A stretch of 64,000 nucleotides of DNA from an uncultured Gemmatimonadaceae bacterium (GCA_963761305.1 CAVXGK010000001.1:64001-128000); one strand, 5' to 3'. Counted from the stretch's first letter, positions 38,528-47,993 are shown. Notes: generated by a model not told the origin, from the sequence alone. Numbers and translations are program-made.

Positions 38528-41014
38528 CTACTCGGAGCGCAGTGCGGCGATTGGGTCTGCGCGTGTTGCTCGCATCGCCGGAACGAGCGCCGCAACGAAT
38601 ACCGCCGAAGCCAGCGCGAGCGCCAGCGCCGCGAAGAACGGAGCGTCGTACAGATCGTTCATTCCCGTCATGAACATCGCCAGCCACGGCGTAGATCGCC
38701 GCGTGAGCAGCAGACCAGCGGCCGTCCCGATCAAGACGAGAAGCAGTCCTTCTCGCAGCACATCCCGCAGCACATCTCGCGTCGTCGCGCCGAGGGAGAT
38801 CCGCACGGCGAATTCTCGCCGGCGCTCGTTGACCGAATAGGCGACGATGCCGAAGACGCCCATCATCGCGAGGCCGACACCAAGCACCGCGAACAAGCTG
38901 AAGATCGAGGCAACGAAGCGTTCGCTCGACCGGTGCAGCGACAGGCCGTAGTGATCGTCGGCTGACTCGACTCGCGACGACAGGATGCCGGGCGTCGCCC
39001 AAAGCGCGTGCCGAACGTCGACGGCGGTCTGGCTCGTGGAACCCCGCGTGCGCACGTAGACGAGCAGCGAGTATCCGTCCTTTGAATGCGGCGCGAGATC
39101 CGAGGGCGTGAACGTGCGATACGCTGTCCCCAGGTGATAGCCCAAGGCCGGGTCGGCAATGCGCATCGTAGCCGTGTCGCGCGCGTCGCCGACCACGCCG
39201 ACTACGCGCGCCCAGGGCTCGCTCGATCTGAAGTCGCCAAACTTGATGCGGCGTCCAATCGGATCACCGCTCGGCCACAGGAACCAGGTTGTCGGCTCAT
39301 CCACGACCACCTGTCCTTCGAGGCCGCCGTCGCTGGGTTCTCGCCCGCGCGTGAGGAAACGGCCCAAGGTTCGAAAGTACGAAGCGCTCACGACGTCGGG
39401 ACTCCACATCGCTGCCGGGACCTCGCGGTAGAGGCGATCGTTACCCTCAGCAGTCACGGCCTTCCCGGCTGGCGCGATCGAAAACCGAACGGCGACGTCC
39501 GAAACACCGCGCACGGTGCGAAGTCGAGACTCGATGGAGTTTGCGACGGAGTCCAACCGAACGGTTCCGACGGTCACCGCGCTCATCCGCGCATTGGCGA
39601 CGACGATGGGCCCCGGGTCGAAGCCGACGTAGTGATGGATCACATAGCTCGTGCTTTCGAGCCGCCAAGCGGAGCGCGCTATCAACCCGGCCCCGCTCAG
39701 CAGCGGCAACCCGAGCGCGATCTGGATCGCGATGAGCCCCGCGTAGATGCGCCGATGCTTTCTATGGCTCCCTGTTCCAGCGCGATGGCTGAGGAGCCGG
39801 TTCGGGTCGACACGCGAGATGCGCCACGCCGGCAGCAGTCCGGCAACGAGGAGCGCGATCACCGCCGCGCCGACAGCGGCTGGAACCATCCGCCAATTCG
39901 TCCGCGGCGCAACGATGTACTCGGCGACCTGCGGCGGAATGAACGCGCGCAATGCGTCGGCGGCCCACAGCGCGAGGATCAAGCCGACCACGAGGCCTGC
40001 CGCGGCGAGGATGCAGTTCTCCCACATCAGCATCGCCGCGAGCTGACGTCGCGTGGCGCCCAGCGCGGAGCGGACAGCCAGGTCGGAACGTCCCAGTCCG
40101 CGCGCCAACTGAAGGTTGGCGAGATTGCCGCACGCAACGAGCAGGATCGCGAGCGCTGAAGCGACCAGCGCCCAGTGCAACGGTCCTGCGTGAAACGGTC
40201 GAACGGTGGGTTTCCCGAGAACGATGGCGACGGTCGAAGGGTCTACGCCGATGCTTGCCGCGAGCCGGGCTGCGATCACGGTGAGCTCCGGGGCGGCGGA
40301 CTTCGAATCGACACCCTGCCGCAACCGAATGAGCGTTGGCGGAACCGCCGATCGAACGTCTGTCGGAAGAATCCAGACGTCGTGATCGAGAGGTCCGAAC
40401 CCCACGTCGCGCCGGACGACGCCGACGAGCGTCCGCGGGTGACCGTCGATGTCGACCGAGGCGCCGATCACCGGCTCACCATCCGGGAACAACTCGGCGG
40501 CGAGTCGGTCGCTGATCACCGCGAGTGGCTCACCATCGTCAGTTGGCGCGAAGACACGGCCCTTGATCGCGTGCGCACCGAGAACGGAGAAGAAGTCGGC
40601 CCTCGTCGCGACGCCGCTGGCGTCGCGCGCGCGGCCTCGATGCTCGACGGTTACGTGATCGCCAAGTGGCAAGTAGCCCGTCGCCCCTTCATAGCCGTGC
40701 AACCCGTCGCGAAACGCCGCGTCGAGAATGGCCGTGGTCAAGCGCCGGTGCGTGTCGCCGTAGATGCGGATGCCACGCAGTTGCTCGGCGTTGTGCACGG
40801 CGATGGCAGGGTTCACCAGCGCGTCGAGCAGCGAGTACACCGTCGTATTGAGCGCGGTCGCGACGCCGAGCGACAACACGGCGACGATCGAGAATCCGGG
40901 GCTGCGGGTCAGCGCGCGAACGGCGCGGCGGGCCTCGGCGATGTGACGGGTGATCAAGCCGCCCTCTTGGCGTTGGTGGTTACCAAGAAAGACGACCTGT
41001 TTCGCCAGATGCAT
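38528..41014 (-). CDS. ADOP-type duplicated MacB/FtsX ABC permease
   Basis: RSPGFSIVAVLSLGVA, LLVACGNLANLQLAR, VNERRREFAVRISLGA, PAMRATRADPIAALRSE; start uncertain. Confidence 0.9.
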   Translation of the reverse strand: MHLAKQVVFLGNHQRQEGGLITRHIAEARRAVRALTRSPGFSIVAVLSLGVATALNTTVYSLLDALVNPAIAVHNAEQLRGIRIYGDTHRRLTTAILDAAFRDGLHGYEGATGYLPLGDHVTVEHRGRARDASGVATRADFFSVLGAHAIKGRVFAPTDDGEPLAVISDRLAAELFPDGEPVIGASVDIDGHPRTLVGVVRRDVGFGPLDHDVWILPTDVRSAVPPTLIRLRQGVDSKSAAPELTVIAARLAASIGVDPSTVAIVLGKPTVRPFHAGPLHWALVASALAILLVACGNLANLQLARGLGRSDLAVRSALGATRRQLAAMLMWENCILAAAGLVVGLILALWAADALRAFIPPQVAEYIVAPRTNWRMVPAAVGAAVIALLVAGLLPAWRISRVDPNRLLSHRAGTGSHRKHRRIYAGLIAIQIALGLPLLSGAGLIARSAWRLESTSYVIHHYVGFDPGPIVVANARMSAVTVGTVRLDSVANSIESRLRTVRGVSDVAVRFSIAPAGKAVTAEGNDRLYREVPAAMWSPDVVSASYFRTLGRFLTRGREPSDGGLEGQVVVDEPTTWFLWPSGDPIGRRIKFGDFRSSEPWARVVGVVGDARDTATMRIADPALGYHLGTAYRTFTPSDLAPHSKDGYSLLVYVRTRGSTSQTAVDVRHALWATPGILSSRVESADDHYGLSLHRSSERFVASIFSLFAVLGVGLAMMGVFGIVAYSVNERRREFAVRISLGATTRDVLRDVLREGLLLVLIGTAAGLLLTRRSTPWLAMFMTGMNDLYDAPFFAALALALASAVFVAALVPAMRATRADPIAALRSE

Positions 41015-41153
41015 CGACAAGGGGCGCGGGATGATGAACGCGGACGCCAGGAGCCGTTCTCGGCTTGACTCGCCGCCAGAATCGCCGTAGCGTGGTTCCG
41101 TCGGAATTGGGGCCGATGACGGCGATTAAGAGTCTCCTATTCCTGAGGCGAAC

Positions 41154-41492
41154 ATGAGTGACTTCCTCGCGGTGCTCAATCGGGCCCAGAGCGACTACGA
41201 CTTCTACGTGCGGGTCCAGGCGGATCCGGAAGCCGCGCTCGCCGGGTACGAGCTAGAGGAGGACGAACGAACCGCGTTGCGCGATCCGAACGTCCTCGGC
41301 CATGCGCTGGAACACGCGCTTCCCTGGAGGATCACGATCTCCGGAACGCACGACTGGGTGAACCGGACGTCCAAGAAAAGGAACATGGACCGTGCGGAGC
41401 TGATCGAGCCCGCAGCCGCGCTCGTCCGCAGCGCCGAGAATGCAAACGAACGTCGGGAGTCGGCCCTTCGACTGATTCAACTGTTCGGGTGA
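41154..41492 (+). CDS. Putative split-borosin precursor (LigA/BBD-like N-terminal helical domain)
   Basis: VLNRAQSDYDFYVRVQADPEAALAGYELEEDERTAL matches the DP-A-L--Y-L---E--AL leader pattern; GAGG RBS; 1 bp from the methyltransferase. Confidence 0.7.
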   Translation: MSDFLAVLNRAQSDYDFYVRVQADPEAALAGYELEEDERTALRDPNVLGHALEHALPWRITISGTHDWVNRTSKKRNMDRAELIEPAAALVRSAENANERRESALRLIQLFG

Positions 41493-41493
41493 C

Positions 41494-42336
41494 GTGGTCG
41501 CGGACGCGATGCCTGTCAAACCGACCGCACAAACGGTGTGGCCGTTCGACATTGGGATAATCGGTGCCGGCATCGTCGGGTCGCATCAAATGACCCGCGA
41601 GGCCGAAGAGGTGGTTCGGCGCAGCAACCATACGTTTGTCATCGCCTCCGGGTACGGGCTACCCGAGTACTTCAAGACGATCTGCCCGAAGGTTACAGAT
41701 CTCGGCTACCTCTACGAGCCGGGCATGAACCGCCTTTCGACCTACCAACGCATGGCGGCCGAAGTCGTTTCCGCAGCCCTTGCGGAACGTCCCGTTTGTC
41801 TGGCGGTCTACGGCCACCCATGGGTGTACTGTCACCCGACGGCGCTGATCTCGCGCGCGGCGCCGCTCGTTGGACTCCACGTCGAAGTATTCGCCGGGGT
41901 ATCGGCCTTTGACACGCTCCTCGTCGACCTGGGAACCGATATCGCCGAACACGGCATCCAGATGTATGAGGCGACGGACGTTCTTCTCCGTCGGCGCCCG
42001 CTGCAAACCGACGTCACTACCGTGTTGTGGCAGCCGACCGTCGTCGGCGATCCCACCTATCCGTCCGGCCCGTACTCGCGCGAACAGTTTCTGTCTTTGC
42101 AGGAGTATTTGCTGACGTTCTACCCGGCCACGCACCAAGTGAAGCTCGTAACCAGCAAAACGCACCCGCTTGCTCGATCGTCGGTGAGCACCTTCGAGCT
42201 GGGCGGCCTCGCCGAACAGCTCGCGGGCGCGCCGTCGATGGGAACGCTCTACATCCCGCCGGCCATCGACCGCCCCGTTGAGGACCACGCGTTGCTCGAC
42301 TTCATGGTCAACGCGGGATCGAGCCCACAGGCGTGA
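41494..42336 (+). CDS. Borosin-type SAM-dependent alpha-N-methyltransferase (OphA/SonM-like, tetrapyrrole-methylase fold)
   Basis: IIGAGI..QMT, DLGYLY....NRLSTY.RM, VYGHP, GVSAFD..DLG.D, YEATD, LWQ, GTLYIPP. Confidence 0.88.
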   Translation: MVADAMPVKPTAQTVWPFDIGIIGAGIVGSHQMTREAEEVVRRSNHTFVIASGYGLPEYFKTICPKVTDLGYLYEPGMNRLSTYQRMAAEVVSAALAERPVCLAVYGHPWVYCHPTALISRAAPLVGLHVEVFAGVSAFDTLLVDLGTDIAEHGIQMYEATDVLLRRRPLQTDVTTVLWQPTVVGDPTYPSGPYSREQFLSLQEYLLTFYPATHQVKLVTSKTHPLARSSVSTFELGGLAEQLAGAPSMGTLYIPPAIDRPVEDHALLDFMVNAGSSPQA

Positions 42337-43231
42337 GCCGCGCGTAGCGGCGAACAAACCATAAAAAGCGCCGCCCATCCGCCGCGCCAATGCCGCAACG
42401 CAGGTGATCGGCGGCTTCATGCGCGACGACCTCGATCCTGAAGCGGTCTGGCGTCCCCTCGACGAGCAGACTGTTCAACGCACCAGATTGCGCGTCAGCC
42501 TCCAGGTCGATGAGGTCGTCGATGCGCCATAGAGCCTCGCCGAGATGAGTTGCGGCGTCGATGTCGCCTCGGACGAGCGTTGCTATGATCAGGAACGGCA
42601 GGACCGAGGTATCTCGGGATGCTTTCAAGAGGTCGGCAGGCGCGGCCAACGATGGCGCGATGGACTGCTGCTCAGCTCTGAAAGCGTCTGCGAGCAGACG
42701 ACCGACGTCTCTCCGCACCGACAGCGGTTCGGTCGCGTGCAGCAGTGAAAAGAATGCGTCGATGACTCGTGCGGCGAAAGTGAGCGTCGGATCTGCTACT
42801 CCGGCCGCGGATAGTGAGGCGAGCATGCGTCCGTGCTGCCACCGTTGTTCGGTTGCCGCGGATTCGAGATCGAGCGACCGGATGCCTTCCATCAACGCCG
42901 CGCCCCGACGCGGGTCGGAGTCACACAGGCTATCGATCATCCCAACGCCGAGATTGAACAGCGCGCAGAGCAGGTATTGGTGGTCGTCGCCCACGGCGCC
43001 CGCGGTGAAGGCCAAGAGGTCCGCCGTGACCCATCCGAAGAGGAGCGCTTGTTCGATGCGCGACCGCACCTCGGCGCTTTCAAAGGCGATATTGACGTCC
43101 AGAGCGGAGACGTCGAATTCGGGAAAGCAGAGCGCGATTGCCCGCGGCAGCAACTCGGGGAGAGGAGACGTCGATAGGCCCGTCGTCGCCGACCGACGGC
43201 TCATGTGCCTGCAGCTCCGCGTGGAGCGCAT
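42308..43231 (-). CDS. Class I isoprenoid-biosynthesis-fold enzyme (prenyltransferase/terpene synthase-like)
   Basis: Helical protein with IDSLCD and WRIDDLIDLEAD..G..N Asp-rich motifs; start ambiguous. Confidence 0.65.
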   Translation of the reverse strand: MRSTRSCRHMSRRSATTGLSTSPLPELLPRAIALCFPEFDVSALDVNIAFESAEVRSRIEQALLFGWVTADLLAFTAGAVGDDHQYLLCALFNLGVGMIDSLCDSDPRRGAALMEGIRSLDLESAATEQRWQHGRMLASLSAAGVADPTLTFAARVIDAFFSLLHATEPLSVRRDVGRLLADAFRAEQQSIAPSLAAPADLLKASRDTSVLPFLIIATLVRGDIDAATHLGEALWRIDDLIDLEADAQSGALNSLLVEGTPDRFRIEVVAHEAADHLRCGIGAADGRRFLWFVRRYARLTPVGSIPR

Positions 43232-43266
43232 AGCGTGCCGTATCAGCGATGCTCATGCGTGGGTAC

Positions 43267-44295
43267 TCATGCGCGGGCACCAGTGAGCGCAATGGACGCC
43301 CGTGCCAAAGCCGCGACGCACGTGGCTGTGGTGAACGTGCGTTGCTGGTCCGCGACTTCCATCCCACCGTCAAAGCGAACGAGCCGCCACCTCCGGTCAT
43401 CGGATTCTGTTGTATCCGGGGGCACGGGAATGCGCAGCATCGAGGCGCTGGACCAACTTCCATCGGCGAGTTGATGGTGTTGGAGTATGTCGATTGCGTG
43501 GTTGATCGCCTCGAAGTCCCGCGGCGTCGCGCTGACGACGATCGAGAGGCAGAGCGCGATGTTGAACGCCGGGCCGTCGCGATTCAGGATGCGAACCGCC
43601 CACTTGGCGGCTCGCTCGATGGGTTCGGTGTCTCCGAGCGAAGCACCGAGTCTGACCGCTTGTTCCGTCGCGACGTGTGGAGTGGTCCACCAGTACGAAC
43701 CCCAACTCCCGTTCGGTCGTTGCCTCGATCGGATGTAGCGCCACGCCGAATCGTTGGATGACGAGGGGTCGATCGCCCCGAGAGCGCGAGTTGCTGTTGC
43801 GCTGACCTCGACGGTCGACTTGCACCAACCGTGGAAGGGCAGCCATCGCGGAAGCGACGTGTAGCGACGGATCGGTCCGGCTTTGTCGTAGGTCGCGATC
43901 CCGCCGTCACGGCGCCGGTGCCGCCGTAGAAAACCCGCGGCGCGCGGAATAGCGTTGCGGCAATCAATAGGGCTACTGAAGAGCGCCAGGACGACCCACG
44001 AGGTGGAGTCAGCATCGCTCGGTGTGTCCTCGTTGTAGCCCCACCCCCCGTCTGGGTTCTGACGTTCCACCAGAGCGCGAGCGGCGCGCGAAAGACTGCT
44101 GCGATCAGCGCCGGCCGCACGCGCCGCCGAAAGCACATACCCGGTCGGCCAGCATGAGGCCTGGCCCGCAGGCGTCATGAAATCGCGCCACATCCCGTCG
44201 TCGTGCTGTCCCTTCAATAAGAAGTCGATGCCACGCCGAACCGCTGGTTCTGCTGCACATTGACCTGTCGACGCATCCGTCGCTCGCGCTGTCAT
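43267..44295 (-). CDS. Class II terpene cyclase / squalene-hopene-cyclase-like single-domain protein
   Basis: QW repeats QHDDGMW, QNPDGGWG, QRPNGSWGSYW, QLADGSW; DADST DxD motif; ATGA overlap with upstream gene. Confidence 0.85.
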   Translation of the reverse strand: MTARATDASTGQCAAEPAVRRGIDFLLKGQHDDGMWRDFMTPAGQASCWPTGYVLSAARAAGADRSSLSRAARALVERQNPDGGWGYNEDTPSDADSTSWVVLALFSSPIDCRNAIPRAAGFLRRHRRRDGGIATYDKAGPIRRYTSLPRWLPFHGWCKSTVEVSATATRALGAIDPSSSNDSAWRYIRSRQRPNGSWGSYWWTTPHVATEQAVRLGASLGDTEPIERAAKWAVRILNRDGPAFNIALCLSIVVSATPRDFEAINHAIDILQHHQLADGSWSSASMLRIPVPPDTTESDDRRWRLVRFDGGMEVADQQRTFTTATCVAALARASIALTGARA

Positions 44296-47200
44296 GGCCC
44301 AGACGAAGCTGTCGCTGCCCGGCCCGGCGACACACTTGGCTGCTTGACGCGTGAAGGGCTCGCCCAATATGCCTCAACCCAGCCGGTGATCGGGTAGACC
44401 ATGCTGTCGCCCTCGATGATCCCGGCACCGGCAACGATTTGCGCGGCCGGGACGTCCTTCACCCCGCCAGTGGGATCGAGAATGTCGAACTGCGGTTGTG
44501 GATCGAACGCGTCGGTCTCGATGCCGTTATCGAAGACATGGTCCAGGTAGAGTGCGTAGATCCCCGAGATGAAGACGGCGCTCGCGAACTCGATCAAGTC
44601 TTCGCCGGTCCCGAGCTCGGCGGCTCCCGAGGAGAGCAGATTGAGCTGATCGGTGCTGTAGGTCTCGTTCCGGCTGTTCGGCAGCGCAGGCGCTTGATAC
44701 GTCCGACCGTCTCGGCTCTGTTCGAGGAGATCGACCGTGACGTCGACACCGTCGCCGGCGGGATTGAGCTGGAGCCGCACCTGGCACGGGCTGCGAACGT
44801 TGAAGCGGTAGGACACAAATAGTTGCGCGTCGCGCTTCGGCCGCACCCCGGGCGGGCGGACGGTGAACGTCGCGCTGTGGTTGCCGCTAAAGGGCTTCTC
44901 CTTGATCTTCGAATGCATCTCGATCTGTGAGGATCTGAAAGTCAGGACCTTGATTAGCTCTTCGAACCCGTGGCTGCTATAGGTCGGACTGAGGAGCGGG
45001 CCGTCGTCGTCCACGCCATCCTGGTAACGCGTGCCGACATTGATCGTGTAGGTCTGGCCGCTGAGATACGGGCGCGAGATGAAGAGCGCGCGAGTGCGCG
45101 GAACCCCACCATCGGCGGGCTGCACAACATTGGCCGACGCCAGGAGCAACGGCGGATGGATCTCGGTGCGGAGTTGGCCGTCCACATTATGCCCGGCGTC
45201 GAGAATCCAGCGGCCGAGTACGGCCACCCGGTCTCCGTGGTTCACCCGGCCGCGATAGCTCTGCGGCAGCAGGTCCTTCTCCCATTCCAGCCCGAGCAGT
45301 CCTAGGGGCCTGGTCAACCCGAGCTGATCGGCCAGCGCGATGGTGTTCTCGTTGGGGCTGTCGTCCTCTTCTTCCTTGTGGACGTTCGCCGGGCTGACGA
45401 AGCCCTCGTAACCCTTGTCCACGGCGATGCCGAGCTCCCAGTCGAAGCCGAACGGATGGCTGAAGGGCACGTCGGCACCCGACTCCTCGGGCTTCACCAC
45501 CCAGCCGGAGACCCCAACGGGGTTGTCGTCGTATTCGTTCGCCGCGTCGAGCGCTTGCTGCCACTCGAAGGAAATGTCGGTGGGAAAGCTGCCAGACGCG
45601 TTGGCCCAATCGCTGCCGCCGGGCGGCGGCGGATTGATGAACCCACCGAGCGTCAGGATGTCGGCTGGCGCGAAGGGAATCTGGGCATCGCTCACCATCA
45701 TCGTGGACACCCACAAGCCCGTGGAATCCTTCATGCCGACATTGGCGGCGACGGCGACACGGCCCGGCTCGATCGCGCAAACGTCAGTCAGGGTGACGTC
45801 CAGGTCCGCCCGGTTGGTCATGTCTCCCGTCTCGATCAGCATCGGGACGCCCGACGCATCGTCGAGGAGTTGCCACGTCGTGACTTTGAGGCTCCCCGTG
45901 CCCCGCCGGTGCGAGGTGATGACGGTTGGACGAAGGCTCGGCGCCGTCAGGCAGACGGTGACGCCGATGTTGCTCGCGTCGCCATCAGTGTGCCCCTGGT
46001 CGCCGCTGTCGGTCAGCCGCGTGATCGTGCGGTCGTCGACTGACGCACGCCACACGATGACCAGTAAGCCGTTGGATCCGTCGCTCACCGCGGTCACGAC
46101 GTTCTTGTTGGAGTCGGCATCGTCGAGCGCAACCACGGCGATCTCCCCGATCTCGCCCGCATGGCCGTCCTGCTTCCAACGCGTGACGGTTCCGTCGGTG
46201 CCGATGGTCCAGCCGATCACGAGAAGGTTGCCGCTGCCGTCACGAACCGCGGTCACGACGTTCGAATCGTCGAGCGCCGTCAGGGCGATCAGGTCGATCT
46301 CGCCGGCTTGAGCATTCTCATGATTCAGGCGCGACAGTGTACCATCAGGTTCGATGCGCCACACGATGAGCAACAGGTTTCCGCTCAGGTTTCGAACCGC
46401 GGTCACCACCAGATCCGGCTCGAGCAGGGTGGCGGTGATGAGATCCGCACCTCCGGCCGCGGTGCCGGTTTGATGCACCCAGTCGATCGACGAGAGATCG
46501 CCGGCGATGTTCCAACTGTCGAGGCGGAGGGTTGCCGGGACGTTTGCCCGCCCCGCGCTTGTGGCGGTCACTGCCTGCTGCCCCCTCACGACGAGGGCGA
46601 CATCGCCGGCGACGATTGGATGACCCGACGTATCGGCGGCGCGCGTCACGGCGAAGTTCGCGGCCGTCACATCCCAGCCGATCAACTCGAGGTTTCCAGA
46701 CTCATTCCGCAGCGCGACGATGGCCTGATTCGCATTCAGCGCGCGAACCCGGATGGACGTTGCCTCGTCGTCAGTGGCTACAGCGAGCGGGCGGACGAGC
46801 GTCGCGGACAGATCTGAGAGGTTGTAGGCAACGAGTCCGAAGCCGTCGTCGTTCGCCAGCGTGGTCGCGAACTGTCCGTTCGCCAGAAAAACCGGCGCGA
46901 CCCCACCGATGTTCCGGAAACTGTCATCGTCCAGCTCACCGGTGAGGATTAGAGCGAGGCCGGACCCGTCTTCGATCACTTCGAACGCGAGGTTGACCAG
47001 CAGGTCGTACCCGGCCATTCCGGAGAGGAATACCAACGGCCTGCCGGCGGGTCCGATCGAGCCCACGGTGAGGCTGACCTGGGACAGTTCGTCCACGGTA
47101 GTTTGCGCGAGCCTGGTGACGGAACTGTTCGTCGTGGACGCAGCCCAGACCGAAACGATGACCTCGGTCTGGAAGGAAACGGACTGCCCGGTGACGACCG

Positions 47201-47993
47201 GTGTGATCCGCCGGTACGCCAGGACGAACTTGGGCTCCGGTCCCGGATCGCCCAGCGGCGCCATGCAGAGATTGTCTGCCAGCTGTTCCTCGACGGGCGA
47301 GCCCCACCATTTGGTGGGCTGGTTCGAGGCATTCAGCGCCCACGCGGCCAGTTCGAGCCCGCCGCTCATGTTGATTTTCGCCGTGACGAAATTCGATCCG
47401 TCGATGGCGGCACCCGCGATCAACCCGCCGCCCAAAGGCACGGGGACGCCGGTCTGGGTGCTGCCGGGCGGTTGGTACGTTGTGGACCCGTAGGCGACGG
47501 ATCCGCCTTGTCCCGGACCATTGTCCAGCCGGGATATGTGCCCGTTGGCATCCACACTCCAGGGGATGATGAGAAGATTCCCCGCGCCGTTTCGGCAAGG
47601 TGTCACCAGCACGCTATCGCTGAGCGGCATGATCGCGATGTACGAGGCGTTTCCCGCCTGGTTGTCGACGATTTCCAGCCGGGAGATGGTGCCGTCAGCC
47701 TCGAGCGCCCACGGGATGAGGAGGAGCTTGCCGTCGCCGTTCTGAACCGCCGTGACGCAGTGTTCGCCCATCATCGCCAGCGCGATGCCGCCGACCTCGC
47801 CCGCTTGTGTCCCGCTGTCGCTCAGTCGCGCGAGATTGCGATTGGCGGCGTCCGGCGCCCAGACGATGAGCTCGAGGTTGTCGGACCCGTTACACACTGC
47901 CGTCAACAACTTGCCGGAGCTGAACACGCCGGAAGCGATGGCACTCACCTCTCCCGCGCCGGCGCGGGCAAACTCCCTGATGACGGTTGGCAT
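44292..47993 (-). CDS. 1233-aa protein with two putative 7-bladed beta-propellers and an unknown C-terminal domain
   Basis: ~14 repeats of VTAVR(N/D)GSGNLL.I.W; C-terminal GDRVAVLGRWILDAGH..RTEIHPP; GAGGAG RBS; no signal peptide. Confidence 0.8.
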   Translation of the reverse strand: MPTVIREFARAGAGEVSAIASGVFSSGKLLTAVCNGSDNLELIVWAPDAANRNLARLSDSGTQAGEVGGIALAMMGEHCVTAVQNGDGKLLLIPWALEADGTISRLEIVDNQAGNASYIAIMPLSDSVLVTPCRNGAGNLLIIPWSVDANGHISRLDNGPGQGGSVAYGSTTYQPPGSTQTGVPVPLGGGLIAGAAIDGSNFVTAKINMSGGLELAAWALNASNQPTKWWGSPVEEQLADNLCMAPLGDPGPEPKFVLAYRRITPVVTGQSVSFQTEVIVSVWAASTTNSSVTRLAQTTVDELSQVSLTVGSIGPAGRPLVFLSGMAGYDLLVNLAFEVIEDGSGLALILTGELDDDSFRNIGGVAPVFLANGQFATTLANDDGFGLVAYNLSDLSATLVRPLAVATDDEATSIRVRALNANQAIVALRNESGNLELIGWDVTAANFAVTRAADTSGHPIVAGDVALVVRGQQAVTATSAGRANVPATLRLDSWNIAGDLSSIDWVHQTGTAAGGADLITATLLEPDLVVTAVRNLSGNLLLIVWRIEPDGTLSRLNHENAQAGEIDLIALTALDDSNVVTAVRDGSGNLLVIGWTIGTDGTVTRWKQDGHAGEIGEIAVVALDDADSNKNVVTAVSDGSNGLLVIVWRASVDDRTITRLTDSGDQGHTDGDASNIGVTVCLTAPSLRPTVITSHRRGTGSLKVTTWQLLDDASGVPMLIETGDMTNRADLDVTLTDVCAIEPGRVAVAANVGMKDSTGLWVSTMMVSDAQIPFAPADILTLGGFINPPPPGGSDWANASGSFPTDISFEWQQALDAANEYDDNPVGVSGWVVKPEESGADVPFSHPFGFDWELGIAVDKGYEGFVSPANVHKEEEDDSPNENTIALADQLGLTRPLGLLGLEWEKDLLPQSYRGRVNHGDRVAVLGRWILDAGHNVDGQLRTEIHPPLLLASANVVQPADGGVPRTRALFISRPYLSGQTYTINVGTRYQDGVDDDGPLLSPTYSSHGFEELIKVLTFRSSQIEMHSKIKEKPFSGNHSATFTVRPPGVRPKRDAQLFVSYRFNVRSPCQVRLQLNPAGDGVDVTVDLLEQSRDGRTYQAPALPNSRNETYSTDQLNLLSSGAAELGTGEDLIEFASAVFISGIYALYLDHVFDNGIETDAFDPQPQFDILDPTGGVKDVPAAQIVAGAGIIEGDSMVYPITGWVEAYWASPSRVKQPSVSPGRAATASSGP

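Noticed and set aside
43267..44295. Housekeeping squalene-hopene cyclase (shc)
   Set aside because: About half the length of SHC, lacks the DxDDTA motif, and has no hpn genes nearby
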